Shown: piece by piece, positions 24,209 to 32,693 of the stretch | How the letters are laid out: the number at the start of each line of letters is the position of its first letter | Numbering within the stretch: position 1 is the first letter of the stretch | NCBI GenBank assembly: GCA_021831005.1 | Contig: JAKBNO010000052.1 | Span: forward strand, 1-36,226 | DNA from: Thermoplasmata archaeon | GTDB lineage: Archaea > Thermoplasmatota > Thermoplasmata > Thermoplasmatales > GCA-001856825 | DNA: 36,226 bases | Direction of reading: 5' to 3' | Notes under the pieces: generated by a model | Told to the model about the DNA's origin: nothing | The model's database searches: none | The model's input: only the letters and a program-made list of their open reading frames with translations | Program-made: the position numbers and the translations under genes

Positions 24209-24722
24209 CCTTCCTCACAATGTAAATTCCATCCTGGAAAACCCTCGGATCGAATCCCTTGATCTTGCTCATCTTCTCTATCTTTGCAGCCGCATTTCCA
24301 GTGATTTCCAGATCACTGCCCTCCACCGTGACAAGGTCTCCCTTCACAGTGACCTTTGTTTCCGGTCCAAGCGTGACCTTCCTGGGACTCTTCTCACCGA
24401 GGAAGTTGTCAAGGTGTACCTCGTTCCCCTTAACCGTGACCTTCACTGGGAAGTGAGCGTAGACTATTTTCATGGTGTAAATGAACCCCTTTGTCACGCC
24501 CGTGAAGGAGCTGTTTATTATGCTCGCCCATGTCCCGACAACGGCTATGTCCGTCTTCTTCTCCCTCTTCGTGTATATCCTGATCTTCTTTTCTTTCATT
24601 TCGACTGCGACGTATTCGTTCTTGAAAATCTTGTTGACCTTGCCTTTTGGTCCCTGTGCCTCGTAGTTAAACCCTTCGAGTTTCACTTTCACGCCCTGCG
24701 GGACCTCTATAATTCTCTCCAT
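24189..24722 (-). CDS. rpl6: 50S ribosomal protein L6 (uL6)
   Basis: The 177-aa ORF has the two-repeat uL6 layout (IEVPQGVKVKLEG...). It lies between rps8 and rpl32e. Confidence 0.94.
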   Translation of the reverse strand: MERIIEVPQGVKVKLEGFNYEAQGPKGKVNKIFKNEYVAVEMKEKKIRIYTKREKKTDIAVVGTWASIINSSFTGVTKGFIYTMKIVYAHFPVKVTVKGNEVHLDNFLGEKSPRKVTLGPETKVTVKGDLVTVEGSDLEITGNAAAKIEKMSKIKGFDPRVFQDGIYIVRKGDVVEG

Positions 24723-24732
24723 TCATATCACC

Positions 24733-25116
24733 TCAGTAGATGAAGGCAAGAGCCCTTCCTCCGGTTCCCTTCTTCTTCGCCTCATTATTGCTCATCACTC
24801 CGGATGTGGTCGAAATAACCAGTATCCCGATATCCTGGGCAGGCAGGTATCTGGACTCCCACCTCTCCAGCTCGTCCCTCTTTATCGAGAACCTCGGCTT
24901 TATCACGCCGCAGTTATTGACCGTCTTCGCAACCTTCACCTTGAATAACCCACCCTTGCCGTTTTCCACGTACTCGTATTCCTCTATGTATCCATACTTC
25001 TGGAATACTCTCAGTACCCTTCCGACCAGGTTGGAGGCTCTGACGTCTAGTTCCTGCCTTCCGAGCCTGGAAGCGTTCTTTATGGAAATCAGTGCATCGT
25101 TTAACGTATCTGCCAT
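24733..25116 (-). CDS. rps8: 30S ribosomal protein S8 (uS8)
   Basis: The N-terminus is MADTLNDALISIKNA and the C-terminus is GGRALAFIY. Synteny also fits. Confidence 0.95.
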   Translation of the reverse strand: MADTLNDALISIKNASRLGRQELDVRASNLVGRVLRVFQKYGYIEEYEYVENGKGGLFKVKVAKTVNNCGVIKPRFSIKRDELERWESRYLPAQDIGILVISTTSGVMSNNEAKKKGTGGRALAFIY

Positions 25117-25125
25117 TCTTTCACC

Positions 25126-25287
25126 TCACGAATATTTCTCGAAACCGAGATCGGGCGCAATCTCCCTGAAGCACTGCCTGCAGAGGTGCAGGTTGTATCT
25201 CCTTACTAGCCCCCTCTTCCTTCCGCATCTCTCGCACCCTTCTTTCCTCCCGTACTTCTTCTTTGGGGCAAGCTTGGTCTGAGCCAA
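25126..25287 (-). CDS. rps14: 30S ribosomal protein S14 (uS14, zinc-binding type)
   Basis: This ORF is not in the ORF track (53 aa). It has a TTG start immediately after the rpl5 stop. Manual translation gives (M)[52 protein letters not shown], which has the CxxC...CxxC pattern. Confidence 0.9.
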   Translation of the reverse strand: MAQTKLAPKKKYGRKEGCERCGRKRGLVRRYNLHLCRQCFREIAPDLGFEKYS

Positions 25288-25815
25288 TCACCCCACCTCC
25301 AGTATATCAACTTTGTAGTTGTCCTTCATGAACTTCATCATTTCTTCCCTTTTGATCCTGATCTTCTTCGGGACCGGTCTTGGGGTGATCCATCTCCTGG
25401 CCACTCTGTACCCTCCCCTTCTCTTGAAAGTGACGACAACGTCCATCCCGAATATTCCTATTTCGGGGTTGTACTTCTGTCCCTTGAAATCCGTATAGTC
25501 TGCGATGCCGAAACTGTAGCTTCCCTGTTCCGAGAAAGAGTAGCTCAGGCACTTGTTGTTCTTCACCCACAGTGCCTCCTTCAGGAATCTGTCCATCTCT
25601 TCACCCTTCAGTGTTACCTTGACGCCAAGGGGCTGTCCTTCCCTGAATCCGAATTCCCTGCTAGTCCTCCTTGCCTTTGTGATTGTGGGCTTGCCAGTTG
25701 TCAGAAGCTTCAACACGCTCTTTGCCTTCTCCAGTTTCTCCCCTGCCTCCCCGACTCCTATGTTTATTGTGACCTTGTCGATGACGACGTCGGTCATTTC
25801 CACCATCTTAAGCAC
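25288..25815 (-). CDS. rpl5: 50S ribosomal protein L5 (uL5)
   Basis: It contains KVTINIGVGEAGEKLEKA and GMDVVVTFKRRG. Synteny also fits. Confidence 0.95.
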   Translation of the reverse strand: MLKMVEMTDVVIDKVTINIGVGEAGEKLEKAKSVLKLLTTGKPTITKARRTSREFGFREGQPLGVKVTLKGEEMDRFLKEALWVKNNKCLSYSFSEQGSYSFGIADYTDFKGQKYNPEIGIFGMDVVVTFKRRGGYRVARRWITPRPVPKKIRIKREEMMKFMKDNYKVDILEVG

Positions 25816-26512
25816 CTCCGGGTATCGTTATTTCGCCCTTCGATTTCCCTAGGACAAAAACGTTTGACATCGTTGTCGTGAAATTGTCGTTGCTCTCAAC
25901 GGTGTTCTCCTGGTAACTCTTTGAGATATTGATCTCCTTGATCGTTGTGATCGTTCCCTTGTGAGCTCCACCCGTAACATAAACGGATGTCTCTTTTGCC
26001 ATCGGATACACCTCGAGTATCTTCTGCTCTGGGATGCTGATCTTCAAGGTATCTCCCCTCTTCACGCTCTTCTCCTTTGTCAGGAGAACCCTACCATCGT
26101 GGGTTGCTATCTGGATCTTGCCGCCCTTCGCAATCGATTTTCCTGTGACCTTGACGAGTTTCCAGCCGACCTCCTGCTGATTGAGATCGGAGAGCACCAG
26201 AATGCCATGCTTGTCCATTAGGACCCTCTTTGAGACTCCTGCATCCTTTACGGACAGGACGTCCATGAAACCGACTGGTCTCTGGTAGTCCTTGACTATT
26301 CTCCCGTCCACTTCGACCTTCCCTTTCGTGATAATGTTCCTTGCTTCCTTGGCCGTATCTGCAAACTTCAGTACATCCCTTATCATGACCATTAGGGGAA
26401 CGCTCCCCCTCATGGGGTGTGGTCCTGCTTTTGAGCGGACAGACCACGCGAACGCCTTCCTCGGCTGCTTCCACGTCACTGGTGAAGCAATTCTCTTGAT
26501 GTGCTTACTCAT
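25808..26512 (-). CDS. rps4e: 30S ribosomal protein S4e (eS4)
   Basis: It contains HIKRIASPVTWKQPRK and GRIVKDYQRPVGFMDVLSV. Synteny also fits. Confidence 0.95.
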   Translation of the reverse strand: MSKHIKRIASPVTWKQPRKAFAWSVRSKAGPHPMRGSVPLMVMIRDVLKFADTAKEARNIITKGKVEVDGRIVKDYQRPVGFMDVLSVKDAGVSKRVLMDKHGILVLSDLNQQEVGWKLVKVTGKSIAKGGKIQIATHDGRVLLTKEKSVKRGDTLKISIPEQKILEVYPMAKETSVYVTGGAHKGTITTIKEINISKSYQENTVESNDNFTTTMSNVFVLGKSKGEITIPGGA

Positions 26513-26981
26513 CTTTCTCTTCCTCCTCTTCTTCGTCTTCTACCTTTTCTTCATCTGCCTCTTTCTCAGGCTGAGTGGCTGCTTCCTCCCCTTCCTTCTT
26601 CTCCTCGGGCTTAGCCGGCTCTGGTTCTGGTTCGGGCTCCTCCTGAACGGTGATGTTCCTCAGCAGCGCGAGCTTTGTCAACCTCTCCTTCCTCTTCTTG
26701 TCTTCTAGCATGAGCTTGGTGAGTACAACGGCTGACGGATCGAGCTTCCTCGGTTTCATCTTGCCGTCTGCCTTCGAGATGTTTATGTTTTCTATGATGA
26801 CTTTTCCCTTGTCGGTTAATATCTTGATTACCTTCCCTTCCTTCCCCACTATGTTCAGTTTCTCGTCCTTCTCCGCATCTCCCCTGACAATCCTTACGAT
26901 GTCACCCTTTCGTATCGGGAAATTCTTCACTCCATACTTTGAAATCAGATCCTTTGAAAGATGTACGCTAACGTTCTTCAT
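26505..26981 (-). CDS. rpl24: 50S ribosomal protein L24 (uL24) with acidic C-terminal extension
   Basis: The KOW region is FPIRKGDIVRIVRGD...GKEGKVIKI. The last ~45 residues are a low-complexity acidic tail (EEPEPEPEPAKPEE...VEDEEEEEEKDE). Confidence 0.94.
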   Translation of the reverse strand: MKNVSVHLSKDLISKYGVKNFPIRKGDIVRIVRGDAEKDEKLNIVGKEGKVIKILTDKGKVIIENINISKADGKMKPRKLDPSAVVLTKLMLEDKKRKERLTKLALLRNITVQEEPEPEPEPAKPEEKKEGEEAATQPEKEADEEKVEDEEEEEEKDE

Positions 26982-26990
26982 GGTATCACC

Positions 26991-27389
26991 TCACACTATG
27001 GAGCTGGCAAGGGCAGCCACCCTTGGCCATCTCTCGGCGGCCTCCTTCGCCACTGGACCCTTTATCTCCGTTCCCCTCGTTTCCCCGTTGTCCTGCACGA
27101 GGACTGCTGCGTTGTCTTCAAACTCGACCATGATTCCGTCCTGCCTCCTGAATGTCTTGCGCTGCCTGATAACCACAGCGTAGACTACCTTCCTCCTCAT
27201 CTCTGGAGAACCCTTCTTGACTGAGGCTATTATCATATCCCCAACCGAAGCGGCAGGTATCCTGCTCTTCGTGTTGTGGTAAGCCTTCACGTTGATGAGT
27301 GCGATTATCTTCGCTCCGGAATTGTCCGCGCACTCGAGGTTGGCGCCCAGTGGGAGCCCCCTGATCTGCGTCCCTGCGAGTCCCTTCAA
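26991..27389 (-). CDS. rpl14: 50S ribosomal protein L14 (uL14)
   Basis: It contains LECADNSGAKIIALINV and AVVIRQRK. Synteny also fits. Confidence 0.95.
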   Translation of the reverse strand: MKGLAGTQIRGLPLGANLECADNSGAKIIALINVKAYHNTKSRIPAASVGDMIIASVKKGSPEMRRKVVYAVVIRQRKTFRRQDGIMVEFEDNAAVLVQDNGETRGTEIKGPVAKEAAERWPRVAALASSIV

Positions 27390-27712
27390 TCCGATCCCTC
27401 CCTCTCTATCACTACGAATGAGACTGATTTTGCGAGCGGTCTAGCGTAAGCTATCTTTACGACATCTCCCAGCTTCACGTGAATGCAGCCTGGCAGGTGT
27501 GCGTGATACTTCTTCCTCCTCTTCTCGTATCTCTCGTACTTCTCATTCTTCTTCATGTATTCTTTCAATACCGTCACAGTCCCCTTCATGGATACCGAAG
27601 TGATCTTCCCCTCAATGACAGGGGACTTCACTCCTAGTTCTCCGTGGAATGGGCACTTTGAATCGGTGCATTCTTCCTTGGGTTCGTTAACTTCTATGCC
27701 TATGTTCCTCAT
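27386..27712 (-). CDS. rps17: 30S ribosomal protein S17 (uS17)
   Basis: It contains CTDSKCPFHGELGVKS...GKITSVSM and an OB-fold C-terminus. It has an ATGA-type overlap with rpl14. Confidence 0.94.
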   Translation of the reverse strand: MRNIGIEVNEPKEECTDSKCPFHGELGVKSPVIEGKITSVSMKGTVTVLKEYMKKNEKYERYEKRRKKYHAHLPGCIHVKLGDVVKIAYARPLAKSVSFVVIEREGSD

Positions 27713-27966
27713 TGTCTTCCCTTTCTCCTTATTTTCTTCATCTTGTCCTCTGGTCTGAACCCCATCTTCTCGAGGTCGGCCATCTGACCGTCAATCAGCA
27801 GTATTCCCTTCGTCTTGGGCAGTAACTTCCGTCCCTTTGCAGTCTCGAGAGCCAGGATGTTCTTTCTCTCGTCAACTACCTTGCCCTCCAGTCCAACCAT
27901 GGTGGGATCGGAGTGCTTTATCACTCTCACCTCTGTTCCAACTACGTCGGTAAGGTACGGGTTCAT
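27709..27966 (-). CDS. rnp1: RNase P protein component 1 (Rpp29/Pop4)
   Basis: The 85-aa ORF has the Sm-like pattern VGTEVRVIKHSDPTMVGLEGKVVDERKNILALET. It occupies the conserved position between sui1 and rps17. Confidence 0.88.
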   Translation of the reverse strand: MNPYLTDVVGTEVRVIKHSDPTMVGLEGKVVDERKNILALETAKGRKLLPKTKGILLIDGQMADLEKMGFRPEDKMKKIRRKGRQ

Positions 27967-28253
27967 TGAGAGACCTCGACCTTGAATCCCATTTCCTCGA
28001 GGACCTTCTTCACTTTATCCCTCTGGTCCCCCTGCAGCTCGATCTTCTCTCCCTTCAGCGTTCCGCCCGTAGCCGTTTTCTTTTTCAGAGTCTTAGTCAG
28101 CTCCTTCAGGTCTTCCGAGTGCGGGTCGAAACCGGAGACTATCGTCATCCATTTCCCGTACCGCCTCTTGTCAGTCTCTATCGTGACAACCTGTGATTCC
28201 CTTGCGATTTCGTCAAGGGGCATGAGTTCCCTGAAAATCTTGTCATCCTTCAT
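27963..28253 (-). CDS. Translation initiation factor SUI1 (aIF1)
   Basis: It contains KRRYGKWMTIVSGF and TATGGTLKGEKIELQGDQRDKVKKVLEEMGF, the SUI1/eIF1 pattern. It occupies the conserved position after rpl29. Confidence 0.9.
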   Translation of the reverse strand: MKDDKIFRELMPLDEIARESQVVTIETDKRRYGKWMTIVSGFDPHSEDLKELTKTLKKKTATGGTLKGEKIELQGDQRDKVKKVLEEMGFKVEVSQ

Positions 28254-28450
28254 TTCTCTGTCTCCCTCATTACTGTTTCCATTCTCGCTACCTGTCTCCT
28301 TAGCGATTCTATCTTGCCGGGACTCGGTGGAGCACCACCCATAGCTGAGATACCCCTCTCCCTCATGAGCTCTTCACGGAGTTCTCCGTACTTCTTCTTG
28401 ATCTCTTCCTTATTCATTTTGCGTATCGACTTTGCCTTCATTTCCTCCAT
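28250..28450 (-). CDS. rpl29: 50S ribosomal protein L29 (uL29)
   Basis: It contains IRKMNKEEIKKKYGELREELMRER. An alternative start is ATG 28441. It overlaps the rps3 3' end. Confidence 0.93.
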   Translation of the reverse strand: MEEMKAKSIRKMNKEEIKKKYGELREELMRERGISAMGGAPPSPGKIESLRRQVARMETVMRETEK

Positions 28451-29060
28451 TGCCCGTCACCTCCCCGAAATTTACCTTCCTGACCTGGATGTCGTCCGGC
28501 AGCTTCACGTTCTTCCTCAGAATCTTTACCGTGATGCCTATGATCCCTGGCTTTGTCATCGCGACCGCAAACCCCTTCTCTATCGATTCAGATGGATACC
28601 CGGATGAAATGACCTTGCCTGACGTGTACTTCACGCTTCTCGACCTCTCTCCGGTGAGCTTGCCTCCCATCCTTACCTGTCCTCCCCTCGCTCCGGAGTC
28701 CATTATCCTCTTCAGTATGCTGTGGCCTGCCCGCCTGAAGTGCCAGCCCTTCTCGATCGATCTGGCCAGCTTTTGCGCCATGATCTGTGCGTTCAGACCG
28801 GGCTCCTCCGTCCCTTCCACTTTAATCAACGGGCTCGTTAGACCGAATTTCTTCTCGAGCATGACTTCCATTCCCTTTATCTTGGAACCCCTTCTTCCGA
28901 TGACGAGACCCGGTCTTTCGACCCTCAACATCACGATGGTGTTCTGGGGCGTCCTCTGTATGTCGACTCCCCCGAATCCTGCGTCGCCGATCTCGTGGAT
29001 GAGATATTCCCTGATGAGTTGCCTTCTGATGTTCTCCTTTAGAAACTTCAATTCCTTCAT
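28410..29060 (-). CDS. rps3: 30S ribosomal protein S3 (uS3)
   Basis: The KH domain is GGVDIQRTPQNTIVMLRVERPGLVIGRRGSKIK. Synteny also fits. Confidence 0.95.
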   Translation of the reverse strand: MKELKFLKENIRRQLIREYLIHEIGDAGFGGVDIQRTPQNTIVMLRVERPGLVIGRRGSKIKGMEVMLEKKFGLTSPLIKVEGTEEPGLNAQIMAQKLARSIEKGWHFRRAGHSILKRIMDSGARGGQVRMGGKLTGERSRSVKYTSGKVISSGYPSESIEKGFAVAMTKPGIIGITVKILRKNVKLPDDIQVRKVNFGEVTGNGGNEGKVDTQNE

Positions 29061-29512
29061 TCTGACTCCTCCTCCAGTTCCTCCAGAACTATCTGGATGT
29101 GTACCCTCTCCCTGTAGAACTTTCCACTCGAACCGAATGCCTTGTATGTGAAGTACTTGATGGGCGGTGCAGGTTGTGCAACCGCGCTCTTTATTATGAG
29201 CTTCTCGGAATCGAGCTGCTTGAACTCAGCATTGTTCTCAGCGCTTGTAAGCGTTTCGAGAACAAACTTTGCTGCCCTGACGGGGTATCTCCCCGGTCCA
29301 ACTCCCTTCTTGTGCGATACCGAGTCCAGGAACTTCCTGTACGGGACCGCATTCTTCTTCAGGATCACGTTCTCGAGGTAGTCCTTTGCCCTCTCCAGCT
29401 TCATTCCCTTGACCGTCCTTACCACTTCGAGCGCGTCCCTCGGTGAGATCGGTGTGTTCACTGATGTCGCCCTTGCACTTTTCTTCTTGTCGGTTTCTAG
29501 TACATACTTCAT
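29057..29512 (-). CDS. rpl22: 50S ribosomal protein L22 (uL22)
   Basis: It contains SARATSVNTPISPRDALEVVRTVKGMKLERAKDYL. Synteny also fits. Confidence 0.95.
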   Translation of the reverse strand: MKYVLETDKKKSARATSVNTPISPRDALEVVRTVKGMKLERAKDYLENVILKKNAVPYRKFLDSVSHKKGVGPGRYPVRAAKFVLETLTSAENNAEFKQLDSEKLIIKSAVAQPAPPIKYFTYKAFGSSGKFYRERVHIQIVLEELEEESE

Positions 29513-29521
29513 ATCAAGACC

Positions 29522-29977
29522 TCACTTCAGGGGCAAGAACTTTGAACCCCTCGTGGCTCCAACTCCCGGTCCGGAGTGTTTGACTTCCTTCCTGGTCTGT
29601 GAATACTCACCAATGTAGTGTCCGATCATATCTTCCTTGATAGTGAAAGTCTGATAGAGGTGGCCGTTGTAGACTGAAATAGTCTTGCCAACGTACTGAG
29701 GTATGATTATGAGGTCCCTCACCCTCGTCTTGATAGAATCTTCCTCCAGGAGCCTGTCGTGGAGTCTCTGCTGCTCGATGTTGTATCCCCTCTTCAGGGA
29801 TCTTCTAGCCCTCGCCGGTATGAGCTTCAGGAGTTCCGGCAGTTCCAGAGCAACCAGCTGATCCAGAGTCTTGCCCTTGTACAGTATCTCCTTTCCTCTC
29901 TCGGCTATCGCCTTCGTTGCCTTCCTCTTGGACCTCTTGATGGCCCCCTGTGATCTAATAATCTGCTTTTCAGGCAT
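29522..29977 (-). CDS. rps19: 30S ribosomal protein S19 (uS19)
   Basis: It contains GKTISVYNGHLYQTFTIKEDMIGHYIGEYSQTRKEVKHSGPG. Synteny also fits. Confidence 0.95.
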   Translation of the reverse strand: MPEKQIIRSQGAIKRSKRKATKAIAERGKEILYKGKTLDQLVALELPELLKLIPARARRSLKRGYNIEQQRLHDRLLEEDSIKTRVRDLIIIPQYVGKTISVYNGHLYQTFTIKEDMIGHYIGEYSQTRKEVKHSGPGVGATRGSKFLPLK

Positions 29978-30677
29978 TTGTCTTCACCTTCTTTCTTGGG
30001 GACAGTCTACCAACCTTCCTTCCTGGCGGGGTATTCCTGCCAACGGTCGAAGGTCTTCCAACGTGCTGGTGGTTTCCTCCACCATGAGGATGGTTCACAG
30101 CATTCATGGCGACGCCTCTGACGGAGAATGGCCTCTTCGCCCTGCTGGAATAAGCGTGAATCTTCTTTCCTGCCTTCAGGAATGGTTTCGTGTTTCTTCC
30201 TCCCCCACCTGTGACTCCGATTGTCGCGAGGCACGACGGCTTGATGTCTCTCATCTTTCCGGAAGGAAGCTTGAGCGTAACGTTCTCTCCGTGCGCCACA
30301 ACAGTGCAGAAAGATCCCGGAGTCCTTGCAATGTTCCCTCCGGAACCGGGTCTCAGTTCGATGTTGTATACTACGGATCCATCGGGTATCAAACCAAGCG
30401 GAAGGGTGTTTCCAACTTTTGAAGGAGCGTCAAGTCCTCCCTTGACTTTCTGTCCTGCAAACATTCCGTTGTGTGCAATGAAATGTGATGTGCTCTGGTC
30501 GTTCATCCTTACCACAGCCACCGGTGCATAATGACCGGGATCCCTTACGAGTCTTTCCACTTTACCCTCCCAGTTCTTTTCGCTTGGATACCTGATCTGA
30601 CCGTAATGCCTGTGGCTCGGGCTTTTGTACATAAGCCCGCCCTTTCCTCTTCTCTGAACTAATAATCTCTTTCCCAT
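29970..30677 (-). CDS. rpl2: 50S ribosomal protein L2 (uL2)
   Basis: It contains GSGGNIARTPGSF, VAMNAVNHPHGGG and GRPSTVGRNTPPGRKVG. Synteny also fits. Confidence 0.96.
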   Translation of the reverse strand: MGKRLLVQRRGKGGLMYKSPSHRHYGQIRYPSEKNWEGKVERLVRDPGHYAPVAVVRMNDQSTSHFIAHNGMFAGQKVKGGLDAPSKVGNTLPLGLIPDGSVVYNIELRPGSGGNIARTPGSFCTVVAHGENVTLKLPSGKMRDIKPSCLATIGVTGGGGRNTKPFLKAGKKIHAYSSRAKRPFSVRGVAMNAVNHPHGGGNHQHVGRPSTVGRNTPPGRKVGRLSPRKKVKTNA

Positions 30678-30686
30678 GTTTTCACC

Positions 30687-30956
30687 TCAGAATATTCCCA
30701 GCTTTGTAGCTAGTTCCTCCGCCGAGAAATCTTTTGAAATCTTCACGATCGCCTTCTTTCCTTCCTTGTCTCTCAAAATGTTGACGTTGCTAACCTTCAT
30801 CTCTGAAATCTCCTCGACTGCTCTCTTGACCTGGTCTCTCGTCGCCTTCTCGTTGACGATGAACCATATCTTGTTGTCTCTCTCGATCTGAAGCATCGAC
30901 TTTTCTGTGACGAATGGCTTCAGAAGAATGTCATAAGGACTCTTCAAATCTTCCAC
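30687..30956 (-). CDS. rpl23: 50S ribosomal protein L23 (uL23)
   Basis: It contains ILLKPFVTEKSM and WFIVNEKATRDQVKRAVEE. Synteny also fits. Confidence 0.95.
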   Translation of the reverse strand: MEDLKSPYDILLKPFVTEKSMLQIERDNKIWFIVNEKATRDQVKRAVEEISEMKVSNVNILRDKEGKKAIVKISKDFSAEELATKLGIF

Positions 30957-31702
30957 CCCCTCACATCGTTCAAAGCTCCTTCCGTCATGACCAGCAACCT
31001 GCCGGGATGCCCTCCCGGGGCAAGCACATAAGCGTTCAGCTCTTCGGGCCTCACTATGTCCACGCCTGGAAGATTCTTCAGAGCCTTTGAAATGTGCGAC
31101 TTGTCCTTGACTACGAAGAGTATGCTCTTGGGTGTCACGTACTTTCTTCCCCTGCTCTTTCCCCTTCCTGCCCTGATCTTTGTTCCTTCCTTTGATCTCA
31201 CTATATCGGCGAACACTCCGACGTTCTCAAGAACGTCAGTTGCCTCGCTCGTCTTCTCGATCAACTCGAATTTGTCTTCGAGAATAACCGGAAGCGATTC
31301 GACTGTGAATTTGTGACCCCTCTGTTTCACCATTTCTGGCGAAACGGTGCAGGACAGTGCAGACAACTTTGCCTGGACTTTCTCCTTCTTGTTCACCTTC
31401 ATGCTCCAGTCCTTTTCCGTTACCGGATGGTGGGCTGACCTTCCTCCCCTTGCATTACTCAGGAGTACTCCCCTCGAGCTGCCGGAGACCCTTGGGTATC
31501 TGGAGATACCGTGGTTGGGTCCCATATTATGACCGACCCTCCTATTACCTGCGAACCAGTAACTTCCGTAAGGTGTTCTTCCGTTCGATTGATATGCGTT
31601 TGTGAACCTGATTATCAGGTCCCTCCTTATTGGATAATTGAAAGCTTCTGGAAGGTCAACGTTCTTCACAACCTTGCCATCCAGTGAAAATAAATTTGTC
31701 AT
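30944..31702 (-). CDS. rpl4: 50S ribosomal protein L4 (uL4)
   Basis: The 252-aa ORF contains GHNMGPNHGISRYPRVSGSSRG and GRGKSRGRKY. It lies between rpl3 and rpl23. Confidence 0.95.
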   Translation of the reverse strand: MTNLFSLDGKVVKNVDLPEAFNYPIRRDLIIRFTNAYQSNGRTPYGSYWFAGNRRVGHNMGPNHGISRYPRVSGSSRGVLLSNARGGRSAHHPVTEKDWSMKVNKKEKVQAKLSALSCTVSPEMVKQRGHKFTVESLPVILEDKFELIEKTSEATDVLENVGVFADIVRSKEGTKIRAGRGKSRGRKYVTPKSILFVVKDKSHISKALKNLPGVDIVRPEELNAYVLAPGGHPGRLLVMTEGALNDVRGWKI

Positions 31703-31703
31703 C

Positions 31704-32693
31704 TTACGCCCCCTGCTTGCTCTCTACGGACACGTACGTCATTCCCACTTTCTCAACATCTGGGACGTACTGTCTGGCCGGATCCCTCAGCTTGATCAGT
31801 CTCTTTGTAGAGCCTGGAACGGTTCCATGAACAAGTATGTAGCTGTTCACGACCTCACCATAGTTCAGGAACCCGCCCTTCGGCGTGATTGCCTTCTCCT
31901 CTGGCTTTCCGTAGAACAGGACTCTCTTGTTGAATTCGGTTCTCTGATGGAAACCCATCTGTCCTGCTTGTGGGACTGTGTTCCTGACCCAGTCGGGGTG
32001 CCATGGTCCCAGCGTACCTATCATTCTCCTGTGCTTCCTGTTCTTGCGAGGGAGGAGTTTCACTCCCCATCTCTTCACGTGACCCTGGAATCCTTTTCCC
32101 TGAGTAATCGCTATGATATCAACAAACTTTCCTGACCTTGAAAATGAATCGAAACTGACCTCTTTACCAAGCAGAGATTTTGCGTAATCTATCCTCTCTT
32201 TTATCGATCCCCCTCCGACCCTTATTTCTGTCAGGTCAGGGACCTTCTTTGAGATTGCCTTCACCTTTTCATTCTGTACCAAGACAAGAACGTTCACTTC
32301 AACTGCGTCAGCACCGTCCAGTTCCTTGGGCTTGTACTCCTTGGAAATTGGAAGTATTTTCTTGAGTTCGTTCAGCGAACCGCTGTCATAAACTTCTCCA
32401 ATAGCGTGTTCCCCGTATGCATCCCTTCCGTACAGCCTGATTCCAGCCACCTTGAGTGGTGGAACCTCAATGACCGTCACGGATGAAGCGACCTCTGATC
32501 CTGCGGTCGTGCTGCTCTTCCTATAATCCACGAACAGCGCGTGCGTCATTCCTGCCTTGAATCCAACAAAGCCCTGAAGTTTTGGACCCTCGTGGATTTG
32601 CGGCCAGGACCTAACGTGGGGTATTACTGATCTTGCTCTCTTTCTGGGATAGTATCCCATAGACCCATGTCTCGAATGATTTGGTGTTGCCAT
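31704..32693 (-). CDS. rpl3: 50S ribosomal protein L3 (uL3)
   Basis: It contains HGSMGYYPRKRA and FQGHVKRWGVKLLPRKNRKHRRMIGTLGPWHP. The ORF track starts at GTG 32702. ATG 32693 is preferred because the GTG lies inside the SD-like AGTGGTAAG. Confidence 0.95.
   Translation of the reverse strand: MATPNHSRHGSMGYYPRKRARSVIPHVRSWPQIHEGPKLQGFVGFKAGMTHALFVDYRKSSTTAGSEVASSVTVIEVPPLKVAGIRLYGRDAYGEHAIGEVYDSGSLNELKKILPISKEYKPKELDGADAVEVNVLVLVQNEKVKAISKKVPDLTEIRVGGGSIKERIDYAKSLLGKEVSFDSFSRSGKFVDIIAITQGKGFQGHVKRWGVKLLPRKNRKHRRMIGTLGPWHPDWVRNTVPQAGQMGFHQRTEFNKRVLFYGKPEEKAITPKGGFLNYGEVVNSYILVHGTVPGSTKRLIKLRDPARQYVPDVEKVGMTYVSVESKQGA

Noticed and set aside
23958-24743. Very long plus-strand ORFs antisense to the ribosomal-protein genes. 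Examples: 23958-24743 (261 aa), 28432-29151 (239 aa), 29871-30422, 24740-25282 and 26650-27183.
   Set aside because: They are Leu/Ser/Pro/Phe-rich low-complexity translations lying exactly opposite unmistakable ribosomal-protein genes. Such stop-free antisense frames are a known by-product of biased codon usage in highly expressed genes. No promoter or family signal supports them.
26617-26640. Short tandem DNA repeat (GGCTCTGGTTCTGGTTCGGGCTCC), considered as a repeat or CRISPR-like element.
   Set aside because: It is simply the coding sequence of the PEPEPEP stretch in the L24 tail. No spacer-repeat periodicity exists anywhere in the window.
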